The notes beneath the pieces are model-generated. The model was not told where the DNA came from, did not search any database, and was given only the letters and a program-made list of their open reading frames with translations. DNA of 53,023 nt, from positions 1 to 53,023 of the forward strand of contig JAOAKE010000003.1 in NCBI GenBank assembly GCA_026413805.1, read 5' to 3'. The translations under genes and the position numbers were made by a program. Each line of letters starts with the position of its first letter. Position 1 is the first letter of the stretch. Below are positions 34,257 to 42,945 of the stretch, one piece after another. This DNA is from Candidatus Micrarchaeota archaeon (lineage in GTDB: Archaea > Micrarchaeota > Micrarchaeia > Anstonellales > Anstonellaceae).

Positions 34257-35342
34257 CTACTCCTTATGGTGATGCTTCTTGTGGTGCCTTTCTTCCTTCC
34301 ATTCCTTGTGGGCCTTTTTCTCTCTGTGGCTGCGCTTCTTCTCAAGCCACTTCCACGCCAGCCAAAGCACTATTAGGAAGATGGCAAGCAAAAGGGCAGC
34401 GCCCGCGAAGGCTGCGATGCCCCACCAGGCAGGCGCCTCCTCTTCTTTTGCCTTTGCAGGCTCGCTTCTTTGGGGCGATCCTTGGGCATTGCCTTTCGGC
34501 TCTGGCACAGGGCCTGTATTTTGAGGGGCTGGGACCAAGACAGATTGGGTGAGGTTGCCAACCACAAACACATACTCCCCGCTTTCGGCAGCGTTGACCC
34601 TTGCCTTTCCTTGGGCATCAGTGTCCACTGAAAGCTCGCCTGAAGGCGTTTTTACCACCACTCGCTGGCCTGCAACAGGAGTTTCCCCTTTCACTACAGC
34701 AATTTCTATCAAAGACTTGAGGGGCGCTTGGTCAGGCGCGACGATTGAAAGCTGCGGCTCTGCTTTTGGAGGGCTGGCTTTTAAGTCTGCATTGACCTGC
34801 ACAAAATCGCCAAGGTTGAGGGTGACCTCTCTTTTTACCTCTTCATAGCCTGGCGCAGAGACAGAAACAACATAGTCCCTCGGGGCCAAAAAAGATACAA
34901 CGAAATAGCCGTCTTTGTTGGGAATTGCCCTTGCTGCTATTTTATCTCCAGAATAGACCCGGACCTCCACATCTGAAAAGCCATCCTTTCCAAAAACCTG
35001 CCCGTATATGGTTGCATACGAAATCTTCTGGCGCATGGTCAAGGTGACGTCTGTGTCGCCTTTTACCTCTACTAAGGCAACATGCTTCGGGTAAGAATAC
35101 CTCTCAAGCTTGATGAAATAGCTTCCGTCAGTGAGGTTGAAATAGGCCATTCCCTTGCGGTCTGCCTTTGCATTGTAAAGCTCCACCCCGCCTGAAATTA
35201 CCGAAACGTTTGTCCCAACTGCCAAGGTCTCCTGCGCCACAGTGACTTTCACTGCAAGCGTTGAGGAATCCACAAGCAAAGTCAGGAGCAGCAAAGAGAA
35301 TGCAAAACCGGTTGCCCTGCCCACAAAACCACCAAGCAACAA
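34257..35342 (-). CDS. cell-surface protein with carboxypeptidase-regulatory-like beta-sandwich repeats, a C-terminal TM anchor and a His/Lys tail
   Basis: N-terminal signal-like segment. Repeats of the type ..V.V......A.A..DG.F......G.Y.V.V.A.GY. TM segment WWGIAAFAGAALLLAIFLIVLWLAW followed by ..KKAHKEWKEERHHKKHHHKE. Confidence 0.65.
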   Translation of the reverse strand: MLLGGFVGRATGFAFSLLLLTLLVDSSTLAVKVTVAQETLAVGTNVSVISGGVELYNAKADRKGMAYFNLTDGSYFIKLERYSYPKHVALVEVKGDTDVTLTMRQKISYATIYGQVFGKDGFSDVEVRVYSGDKIAARAIPNKDGYFVVSFLAPRDYVVSVSAPGYEEVKREVTLNLGDFVQVNADLKASPPKAEPQLSIVAPDQAPLKSLIEIAVVKGETPVAGQRVVVKTPSGELSVDTDAQGKARVNAAESGEYVFVVGNLTQSVLVPAPQNTGPVPEPKGNAQGSPQRSEPAKAKEEEAPAWWGIAAFAGAALLLAIFLIVLWLAWKWLEKKRSHREKKAHKEWKEERHHKKHHHKE

Positions 35343-35474
35343 TCTCCTGCAATCAATAAAAATACATGCTCGGCACGGGCCTCCTGCAAATTAACCCAGG
35401 AAGAGCTCCAGAAATGGCGGCAGCCCAGTGAGCAGCGCTGCCTTTGATGCAATTTGCAACAGCCCATTGGAAAG

Positions 35475-35861
35475 TCAGCGGAAGCAGCCAACAGAAGCCC
35501 TTTCAATTCCCCCGCCTTGCCAGACAGGGAAAGAAAAAACAACCTTCTCCTTGTCATCAGCAGGCTGGCTGCAAGAAGAAGCGGAAAATCCCTCAAATTC
35601 TGCAGCAATGCAGAGCCCTGAGAGCCCAGAGGCCTTTTCTACAATTTCCTGCAATTCGCTTTGAGATGCAGGCTGCTTATTTGTAAGCAGCATGGCAACA
35701 TCGCTGCATAGGAAAAAGTCCCCTGCGTGCGAGGCCTTCTTGAATTGGAAGGTGTGCAAAAGCGGGATTGCTGCAAGCAAGAGCACAAAGGCAGCAGCTG
35801 CCTCAAGCGACATAAGAAAGCCAGCCTGCCTGCAGGAAAAAGCCAATCTTTTTCTTTTCAT
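35475..35861 (-). CDS. type IV pilin-like (class III signal peptide) protein, operon member 4
   Basis: From ATG 35861: MKRKRLAFSCRQAGFLMSLEAAAAFVLLLAAIPLL. ATGA overlap with the upstream gene. Confidence 0.6.
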   Translation of the reverse strand: MKRKRLAFSCRQAGFLMSLEAAAAFVLLLAAIPLLHTFQFKKASHAGDFFLCSDVAMLLTNKQPASQSELQEIVEKASGLSGLCIAAEFEGFSASSCSQPADDKEKVVFSFPVWQGGGIERASVGCFR

Positions 35862-36295
35862 GAAATGCAAGCCTCCAGCCTTACAGCTTCGCCTGAAAGC
35901 AGGGCCAGCCGCCTTGCGCAAAATACCTGCTTGCCAGCTTCGCCAGCCTCCTTAAAAAACAGGCGCTCTTTTCTTTCGCCTGCCACCAAGACGCTTGCAT
36001 ATTTTATTCCAGAGGATTTCACAATCTCTTGCAGGTCAAATTCCTCCAGCCTTGCAAGGTCAATTTCCCCCGCGACATAATGCGCGCCTTCTTGGGGCAA
36101 CCCAACCTTAGCCCCCTTTTCAAGCACGTAGGATGAAAAGCGCAGTGCCAAAAGCTCTCCCTCTGCCATGGCTGAGCTTTCTTTTGCGGAATTTGAGGCA
36201 GCAAAAGAGAGGATTGAAAAAAGGGCAAAAAGAATAATTGCTGAAAAAGAGGCTGCCGCCGCATCAAATGAAAAAAATGCCTTAGACTGGCTCAT
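35858..36295 (-). CDS. pilin-like protein, operon member 3
   Basis: MSQSKAFFSFDAAAASFSAIILFALFSIL.. has a short polar n-region followed by a hydrophobic helix. It overlaps the upstream gene by 14 nt. Confidence 0.5.
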   Translation of the reverse strand: MSQSKAFFSFDAAAASFSAIILFALFSILSFAASNSAKESSAMAEGELLALRFSSYVLEKGAKVGLPQEGAHYVAGEIDLARLEEFDLQEIVKSSGIKYASVLVAGERKERLFFKEAGEAGKQVFCARRLALLSGEAVRLEACIS

Positions 36296-36643
36296 GTCCT
36301 GCCTCTTGGACCTTCACCCTTCCGCCATAGTCCACTGTTACCTTGTGAAAAACCACCTGGCTTACCTGTGGATTTTTTGCAGAGTGAAGCCTTCTTCCAT
36401 CCAGCGAAGGGACTGCGCTTATGTTCTGTGGCAGCACTGCGCCATGCAGCGAGCCTGCGGCAGTGTCTGCGCAAAGCGCCTCGTAAGAGAGAAGGTATCT
36501 TTCTGACGAAGCCACTGCCGTTTCTTCAGTCCCATTTCCTATGGCAACTGCGCCTGAAACAAGAATGGCAATTACTGAAAGGAAAATGGCAAATGCCACC
36601 AAGGCTTCAAGCGAGACCTGGCCTATTTTTTTACCCGTTCCAT
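36282..36643 (-). pseudogene. type IV pilin-like gene interrupted by an apparent 1-nt frameshift in an A7 run (operon member 2)
   Basis: ATG 36643 reads MERVKK then TAG. The long ORF frame reads ..KKIGQVSLEALVAFAIFLSVIAILVSG.. and has no ATG or GTG before TTG 36602. One extra A in the run at 36626-36632 would fuse them into MERVKKIGQVSLEALVAF.., a complete class III signal peptide. Confidence 0.6.
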
Positions 36644-36649
36644 CACCCC

Positions 36650-37216
36650 CTACTCAGTCGCAATCCCCACTGCGAATGATGAGGGGAGGAGCGCCACGCT
36701 TCCAATGGAGTGCTCTTTGCTGTAAAAGGAAAATCCAAGGTTTCTGAAAAATATGCTTGCCGATGAGGGGTCAAAGTCGTAAGACTCATAGCAAAGCCAA
36801 ATCGGCAGCGCCCCTTGCGGCACGACTGCCGCTTTTCTAAAAGCCATCTCCTGGGAGGCAGACTTCCTTTCTTCGGCACCTGCACTGCCGCACCAAAAGG
36901 AAGCCTCAAACCCCTGCTCTTTCAGCTGGGCTTCAAATTCAATGCTCTGCAGGAAAGCTGCCCTTCGCACCTCTTCCCTGACATCTACCTCCTCCCCGCT
37001 TGCTGCACGCGCAGCAGCCAAGGCAGCTGCTTCCCTGCCGGCTTCCTCCACTGCGGAATAGTATGCCCTCTTTATTGCAACCTCCTCCAAGAGCATGGCG
37101 CGGTAGCCCTCGTAAGAGCGGCGGGGCTGGCTTTTGAGCACTAAGGCACTGGCTGCGACCAAGGAGAAAAGGAAAACCGCGGCAACGACAAACGAGAGAA
37201 ACCCCTTCATAACCAC
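36650..37216 (-). CDS. pilin-like protein, operon member 1
   Basis: MVMKGFLSFVVAAVFLFSLVAASALVL.. has KG|F followed by a hydrophobic helix. 188 aa. Confidence 0.55.
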   Translation of the reverse strand: MVMKGFLSFVVAAVFLFSLVAASALVLKSQPRRSYEGYRAMLLEEVAIKRAYYSAVEEAGREAAALAAARAASGEEVDVREEVRRAAFLQSIEFEAQLKEQGFEASFWCGSAGAEERKSASQEMAFRKAAVVPQGALPIWLCYESYDFDPSSASIFFRNLGFSFYSKEHSIGSVALLPSSFAVGIATE

Positions 37217-37237
37217 AAGGCGCCAGCCCCAATGCGC

Positions 37238-38287
37238 TCATGCAAGCTCATCTGCAAGCTTTGCAATGTAGTTGATGCTTTTTTCTATGTCTTCAATGGA
37301 GCAGACCGCCACATTTGAGTGAATGTACCTTGTCGGCACGCATATTGCAATTGAGGGTATCCCGCCTTTCTCCCCATAGACGCTTGCAGCGTCAGTGGCG
37401 CCTCCCTCTATTACCTCAAGCTGGTATGGGATTTTGTGCTTTTTTGCAACTGCGATGCAGGATGCCTTTAATTTGGCATCTGCCACGTTGCCCCTGCCTC
37501 CTGCCTCCACAAGCGAAAGCACAGGTCCCTTTCCAAGATGCACAACCGCCTCGTCCTCGCTCATTTCAGGGTGGTCGCCAGCAATTGAGGTGTCAATGGC
37601 TATGAACTGCGAAGGCTCCAAATTATAGGCAGCAATCATGGCTCCTTTCCCAAAGGTTGAAACCTCTTCTTGCGCAGTGCCGACAAGCACCACGTTTTTG
37701 TTTTTTACCCTGCGGGCTACCTCCAAAAGAACGTAGCAGCCCACCCGGTCATCAAGTGCCTTGCCAGTCACCAGCTTGCCATTTAGGACTTTTAGCTGCA
37801 TGTCAAAGGAGATGGGGTCGCCTATCTTGACTCCCATCTTTTCTGCCTCTTTTTTGCTTCTTGCCCCAATGTCAATGAAGAGCTGCTTGTTGTCAATGGC
37901 GTTTTTTGCCTCCTCTGGCTTTTGCATGTGCGGTGGCTTGCTTCCAATTACCCCGTAAATGCGCCCGTTTTCAGTCTGTATGACTACCCTTTGGTTCACA
38001 AGCACCCGGTTGTCAATCCCGCCGATTTTTGCAAAGCGTATGAACCCCTTTTCATTTATGAACTTTACAAGCATGCCAATCTCGTCCATGTGTGCCCCTA
38101 TCATCAGCGGCTTTTTCCTGCAGGCAGGCGAGCGAGCTATCACATTGCCGAACCTGTCAATATCCACCTTATAGCCGCTTTTGCGGAATTCCTCTGCCAT
38201 TATCTGGGCAATCTCCTTTTCGTGCCCCGGAACGCCAAAAGACTCTGAGAGCTTTGCAAGAAGCTGCACATCTGCCATCAAGACCAC
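37238..38287 (-). CDS. M42 family metallopeptidase (TET/FrvX aminopeptidase-like)
   Basis: ..L.KLSESFGVPGHEKEIA..., ..GAHMDEIG..V..I...GF..F..IGG.., ..ALDDRVGC.., ..QEEV...G... Confidence 0.9.
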   Translation of the reverse strand: MVLMADVQLLAKLSESFGVPGHEKEIAQIMAEEFRKSGYKVDIDRFGNVIARSPACRKKPLMIGAHMDEIGMLVKFINEKGFIRFAKIGGIDNRVLVNQRVVIQTENGRIYGVIGSKPPHMQKPEEAKNAIDNKQLFIDIGARSKKEAEKMGVKIGDPISFDMQLKVLNGKLVTGKALDDRVGCYVLLEVARRVKNKNVVLVGTAQEEVSTFGKGAMIAAYNLEPSQFIAIDTSIAGDHPEMSEDEAVVHLGKGPVLSLVEAGGRGNVADAKLKASCIAVAKKHKIPYQLEVIEGGATDAASVYGEKGGIPSIAICVPTRYIHSNVAVCSIEDIEKSINYIAKLADELA

Positions 38288-38351
38288 CTCACATTCGCCT
38301 GATTGGAGATGGTGCTAAAAGGTTAAAAAAGAGGCAGGGCAAAAGCACGGC

Positions 38352-39218
38352 TCATACCTCCAGCTTCAGCCCGTCTTCTGCAACAGCAGTATCTTTGAAA
38401 ACAGCCCGCGCCTCTTCAAGAAGGCCCAAAGGGCTTTTGTACCTTCCTGAAATATGCGTCAGCACCAGCCTTTTTGCCTTTGCCTTTTTTGCAACCTGGG
38501 CAGCCTGCCTTGCAGTTGAATGCCAGGACTCTTCAGCCTCTTCCTTTTTGTCCTCGCCAAAGGTTGCCTCGTGTATTAGCAGGTCCGCCCCTTTTGCAGC
38601 CAGCACCGTATTTTCACATGGCAGGGTGTCACCAGTGTAGCAGATTTTTTTCCCCTTTTGGACATAGGTGATTTCTTCAAGCTTTACAACGCGCCCGCCC
38701 ACCTTGAGGCTCCCTTTTTTTGCAATCTCTGAGAACATCGGACCTTTTATCCCGAGCTTCTTTGCCTTGTCTTCATAAAATCTTCGCTTTTCCTTTTCTT
38801 CAAGGCAATAGCCAAGAGAAAGCCCTTCGTGCTTGGTTTTAAACGAAGAGACGGCAAACTCCCCAAAATCGCATGAGAAATTTTCGTCAATCTCATGCAC
38901 TTGCACAAAATTTCCTCCCTTGCCAATTACTGCCCGAGTTCCCTTTGGCCCATAGATTGAAAGGATTTCCTGCCTGCCATTCAGCCTCATGGTTTCCATA
39001 AGCCCAAAAACTCCGAGAAAGTGGTCCAAGTGGAGATGCGAGATGAAGATTGCGCGGACCTTCATGAAGGACAGGCCAAAGCGCATCATCTGCCGCTGGG
39101 TGCCTTCTGCACAGTCAAGCAGGTAGATCTCACCCTCGCGCCTGACTGCAATTGCCGAAAGGTTGCGCTCCAGCGTGGGGACGGCTGCCGAGGTCCCAAG
39201 AAAGGTTATTTCAAACAT
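38352..39218 (-). CDS. rnz: ribonuclease Z
   Basis: MFEITFLGTSAAVPT.ERN.SAIAV...GEIYLLDCAEGTQRQM......., ..IFISHLHLDHFLG.. and a C-terminal ..LTHIS.RY. Confidence 0.9.
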   Translation of the reverse strand: MFEITFLGTSAAVPTLERNLSAIAVRREGEIYLLDCAEGTQRQMMRFGLSFMKVRAIFISHLHLDHFLGVFGLMETMRLNGRQEILSIYGPKGTRAVIGKGGNFVQVHEIDENFSCDFGEFAVSSFKTKHEGLSLGYCLEEKEKRRFYEDKAKKLGIKGPMFSEIAKKGSLKVGGRVVKLEEITYVQKGKKICYTGDTLPCENTVLAAKGADLLIHEATFGEDKKEEAEESWHSTARQAAQVAKKAKAKRLVLTHISGRYKSPLGLLEEARAVFKDTAVAEDGLKLEV

Positions 39219-39257
39219 GCTTAGGATAGGGCCTCAAAGGGAATAAAACGCTAATCC

Positions 39258-39965
39258 CTAGTCTTTGGTTTTTAGCAGGTAGGCCCCGGTTATTATTATT
39301 ACCACAACCAGCGCTACCAGCGAAACAGCAGCATTGCTTTTGAAAAACTCCAATACATTGGTTGGGCTTCCCTCGGGCTTAAAATTTTCAAGCAGGTTTT
39401 CTCCCTTTATCTCCAAAACATAGCCGTTCTTTTCCCCTTTGCTTTTGTTCTTTTCTGAAGTGCTGTTGTCGCCTTGGAAGATTTTTTCAAATTCGCCGAT
39501 GAATCCCAGCCCGTCTGCCAGCCCACCTTCTTCTATCTCAGAGCGCAGCCTTATCTTTGGGGATTCCAGCGCTTCGGGCTGTGCCTTTACAAATATCGGG
39601 ACAGCAGCATAAAGGATTGAGCTGTTTGCGCAAGTTGAATTTGCCACATCGCATCGGAGGAATGCCTCAGTATAGTTGCTTGGCTTTCCCCCCACCAGGA
39701 AATAAACCGCAGTGGAGTTTTCAATCTCTGCCATCACCTTTAGCTTCAGGGACCTGCCATCAAGCCCCTCAAGCGCAGCATCAGGCACTGCCCAGCGCAC
39801 TGCAAGGGTGCGGTTGTAGGCAACTCCAGGTATTATTGCAGAGAAATTCAAGTCATATTCGTAATCCACCAGCTTTTCAATAGGGCGGACTTCTGCTGAT
39901 GCCTCTTGGGTAAAGCTTGAAGGGAGCATGGCAGCCAATATAAATGCCCACAGAAAACTGGCCAT
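39258..39965 (-). CDS. secreted protein with a C-terminal TM anchor, unknown function
   Basis: Signal peptide MASFLWAFILAAMLPSSFTQEASA. Several N-x-S/T sequons. C-terminal AAVSLVALVVVIIITGAYLL-KTKD. Confidence 0.6.
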   Translation of the reverse strand: MASFLWAFILAAMLPSSFTQEASAEVRPIEKLVDYEYDLNFSAIIPGVAYNRTLAVRWAVPDAALEGLDGRSLKLKVMAEIENSTAVYFLVGGKPSNYTEAFLRCDVANSTCANSSILYAAVPIFVKAQPEALESPKIRLRSEIEEGGLADGLGFIGEFEKIFQGDNSTSEKNKSKGEKNGYVLEIKGENLLENFKPEGSPTNVLEFFKSNAAVSLVALVVVIIITGAYLLKTKD

Positions 39966-40016
39966 GCCAAAAAAATCGCGAGAAATATTTAAGTCCTTTG
40001 CTGGCTTGCGAAAGCC

Positions 40017-41297
40017 TCATGCCTTTGGGACAGGGGGCATTTGGCGCTCTTTTCTGCGGCTAAAGTAGTAAAAGACGCCGTAAGCTATCAGCACCCCAAT
40101 TCCTATCCCAATCACTATTGTCTCAAGGTTCATCTTAGGCAGGGGCAAATCACTTTGCGGCCCTGTGGAATTGTTTGCATTTAGCTGTGGCCTTTCCTCT
40201 TTCGGGACGATGTAGCTTCCACCTTGTGCAACGGTGTTGCCTTCTTTGTCTGAAATCCTTACAGTGTAGCTTACGACCTTTCCTTCCTTTTGCGCAGGTA
40301 TCTTTGCCTCAAAGGTGTTGTATCCCACCACATACGCAGGCACCACATCCACTACGCCGTCTACTTCATATGAAACGAGAACAGATTCAATCCCGCTTGC
40401 TGCCTTACCCCTGTCTTCTGCAAAAACTCGGACTTCCCCCACCCCAGCTTTTGACACCCCAACATGCAGCTCTGAAATGACTGGCTTGCCCATGTCAAAT
40501 ACTGCCAGCAGCTCATTTTCATTTTTGAGGTTTGGCGAAAACTCCTTGTAGGTGTTGTTGTAGCCTACCACCACCTGCGGCTTGTGGTTTGTCAGGTTGC
40601 GGACAAGCAGGGTCCCATCCTGGCCAGTGTAAAAGCCTTTTCCATCTACTTCTACCGAGGCAACCAGCGGCATTCCCTTGTCATCTATCGCCTTTACAGA
40701 CAGGTCATAAAGCCCGATTTCAATTTCAAGGGGCGTGTCCTCTTCCAGCCTGATTATCTCTGAGCGGACAATGCCAGCGCCTTCAACCTTTACAGTGTAA
40801 TTCCCTGGCCCGAGGATGAAATAGGCATGGCCAGTGGCGTCGGTTTCAAGGGTTTTTTTATTTATAGTCACCCGTGCAGGCAGGGGCTTTTTGTTCTGGT
40901 CAGCCACCCTTACAGAAAGAAGGTAAGCTTCAACCTCTATTCCAACTTTTCTTATGGGGACAATGCTTCCTGTGTAATTCTCTGCAATCATTTTAGTAGA
41001 GTAGGTGTTCCTCCCATATTTCACATAGAGAGTGTAGCTTCGGTCCTCTGAGGATTCAATTTCCTCATAGTTGCTAAAAAGGATTTCAGCCTCGCCCTTT
41101 TCATTGGTGAGGACCGGCTTGCTGTAGATAAACCCCTTAACCGCATTGAGCTGGTAATAGACATAAACCTCTGCCCCTTCAATCAGGCGGTAGTTTTGGT
41201 CGGCAACCTGCACCAGCAGCCTCTCAGTGTATTTTGCTTCCAGGGTGGCAGAGATGGCGAGGAGAAAGAAGACCGCTGCTTGAAGGAATTTCTGCAT
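40017..41297 (-). CDS. large secreted protein with repeated carboxypeptidase-regulatory-like domains and a C-terminal TM anchor
   Basis: Signal MQKFLQAAVFFLLAISATLEA. Repeats such as ..V.V.D.N......A.V........TDATG.A.F.L.PGNY.V.V. C-terminal TM IVIGIGIGVLIAYGVFYYF. Confidence 0.65.
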   Translation of the reverse strand: MQKFLQAAVFFLLAISATLEAKYTERLLVQVADQNYRLIEGAEVYVYYQLNAVKGFIYSKPVLTNEKGEAEILFSNYEEIESSEDRSYTLYVKYGRNTYSTKMIAENYTGSIVPIRKVGIEVEAYLLSVRVADQNKKPLPARVTINKKTLETDATGHAYFILGPGNYTVKVEGAGIVRSEIIRLEEDTPLEIEIGLYDLSVKAIDDKGMPLVASVEVDGKGFYTGQDGTLLVRNLTNHKPQVVVGYNNTYKEFSPNLKNENELLAVFDMGKPVISELHVGVSKAGVGEVRVFAEDRGKAASGIESVLVSYEVDGVVDVVPAYVVGYNTFEAKIPAQKEGKVVSYTVRISDKEGNTVAQGGSYIVPKEERPQLNANNSTGPQSDLPLPKMNLETIVIGIGIGVLIAYGVFYYFSRRKERQMPPVPKA

Positions 41298-41376
41298 GTG
41301 TAGGTTATGGCAGTTTTTCTTTTAATTGTTCGCCCAAATATTTTCCGGCTCATTGCATGCAAAGCAAAAGATAAGG

Positions 41377-41386
41377 TTTTTATATT
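41377..41386 (+). promoter_or_regulatory. TATA-box-like element upstream of the pilin gene at 41431
   Basis: TTTTTATATT lies about 45-50 nt upstream of the ATG. GGAGG SD sequence at 41421-41425. Confidence 0.35.
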
Positions 41387-41430
41387 GTGTTGGGCTATCT
41401 AACACTGTTTAATGCTCATGGAGGATTTTT

Positions 41431-41913
41431 ATGGCAGCATTCAAAGGGCAGGGTGCGACAGAATACTTGGTTTTGCTTGCAGTTGTTCTTATAATTGCGC
41501 TCATTTCAATAGCCCTACTGAACTTCTTTCCAGGAATTGCCGCAGACGCAAAAATAACCCAATCTGAGGCTTATTGGAAAGGCGAGGCAAAGCCATTTTC
41601 AATCCAAAGCCACTCTTTCACGACAGCGGGGACCTTGACTTTAGTTGTGCAAAACGTAGGCCCGGATGCCCTGACAATAAGCGCCATTAATGTTTCAGGG
41701 GCAGGGATAAGCGGCTCTCCTACCATGTCGCCTTCCACCCCTGTAGTTGGAGGAGGGGCAACCCAGACAATAACCCTTTCAGGATACACAGTTGGAGGAG
41801 GGGCAACCGCAGGCAACATATACGAGCTTACAATTAACATAAGCTACACCAATCCAAATGGGCTTTCTTTGAGGCAATTTGGGGCAAAGCCCCTGGTAGG
41901 AAAATACACCTAA
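41431..41913 (+). CDS. type IV pilin-like structural protein (class III signal peptide)
   Basis: MAAFKGQGATEYLVLLAVVLIIALISIALL.. has G|Q, Glu at +5 and a hydrophobic helix. The C-terminal beta-rich domain has a repeated ..GGGAT..T... 160 aa. Confidence 0.8.
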   Translation: MAAFKGQGATEYLVLLAVVLIIALISIALLNFFPGIAADAKITQSEAYWKGEAKPFSIQSHSFTTAGTLTLVVQNVGPDALTISAINVSGAGISGSPTMSPSTPVVGGGATQTITLSGYTVGGGATAGNIYELTINISYTNPNGLSLRQFGAKPLVGKYT

Positions 41914-41918
41914 GCAGA

Positions 41919-42914
41919 TTAAGGCAAAAGCCCAACCAGCCTCCCCCCTTCGCTGCTATAGCTTATTTTTTTCCCAATTAGCGACTGCCCCTTTATGCTT
42001 GCTGCTGTTTCTTTTTCCACTCCTTGCGGGACAAACCAAATGCCGAGCATCTGCAAGGCAGAATCAAGAGGAGCGCGATATTCTGCCCCGCCAATTTTGA
42101 AAACCATTTCCTGCCCATTTACCCTTGCCTCTTCCACCACCCCAGCCTTGTAATGGCGCTTCTGCCCCCTTGCCACTAGCCGAGAGTGGCGGTTGAAATG
42201 AAGCTCGCCCCCTCTGAAAAGGGCATTTTCAAGGATTATTCGTTGCCCTTCTTTCAAATGGACGGCTTCCTCTGGCACAGACCAAAAAATAACCCTGCAA
42301 CACTTTCCCTCATTGCATAGAAGAAAAGAGCGGGCAATTTTTTCTTTTCCCCCTGCCCTGTCGCGATATTTCAGGTCAGGCAGGATTTTTTCAACAACAC
42401 CTTCCACAGTGCAGCTTCCTTCCTTTAAGTTCTCAATTTTTGGCACCTCAGCAGATTTTAGCTTTCTGACTGCGCCTGCCCTTGAAATTGCTATTTCCCC
42501 GTCTTGCAGGTAAGCCCCCCTGACCTCTATCAAGTCCCCTGCGATGAGCTCTTCTTGCGCAAACGCAGCCTGTTCATTGTAAAGGACCAGCGTTGCGCTG
42601 CCAGTGGAATCAGACACATGCAGCCTAATAGAGCGGCTATTGTCAGGGTAGGTCTGGACAGGGAAAACACGGTCCACCTTTGCCTCAAAGGAAAACAAAA
42701 CATATGGCGAAGTTGCGTCCTTGAGCATGGTTTTTCTCTCAATGCTTATCCCGTTTTCCCTGCAAATCAGCCTTATTGCCGCCTCCCTTGTAAGCAGGCC
42801 TCCAAATTCATCTATCTTTGACTTTATCGAACCTTCAAGCCGGCTCCCAAGCCTATTGCGAAGCTGCCCTTCAAAATCCTCTTCCATGCCAACCAAGATG
42901 CATCTTCTCGCCAA
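41919..42914 (-). CDS. replication protein A-like ssDNA-binding protein with tandem OB folds
   Basis: N-terminal ..LTREAAIRLICRENGI... OB-fold signatures ..IRLHVSDSTGSATLVLYNEQA......GDLIEVRGAY.. and ..FLLCNEGKCCRVIFWSVPEEA..LKEGQRIILENA.FRGGELH... Confidence 0.6.
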   Translation of the reverse strand: MARRCILVGMEEDFEGQLRNRLGSRLEGSIKSKIDEFGGLLTREAAIRLICRENGISIERKTMLKDATSPYVLFSFEAKVDRVFPVQTYPDNSRSIRLHVSDSTGSATLVLYNEQAAFAQEELIAGDLIEVRGAYLQDGEIAISRAGAVRKLKSAEVPKIENLKEGSCTVEGVVEKILPDLKYRDRAGGKEKIARSFLLCNEGKCCRVIFWSVPEEAVHLKEGQRIILENALFRGGELHFNRHSRLVARGQKRHYKAGVVEEARVNGQEMVFKIGGAEYRAPLDSALQMLGIWFVPQGVEKETAASIKGQSLIGKKISYSSEGGRLVGLLP

Positions 42915-42945
42915 TGTTTAAAATGTATGGTGCGTTTATCAATCC

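Noticed and set aside
33803-34552. 249 aa plus-strand ORF, and similar long antisense ORFs at 19927-20508, 21970-22575, 25990-26529, 44653-45231 and 45128-45829
   Set aside because: Each lies antisense to a gene with strong family motifs (guaAB, TDH-like/purD, radical SAM, MVD, GGR). Their translations are low complexity.
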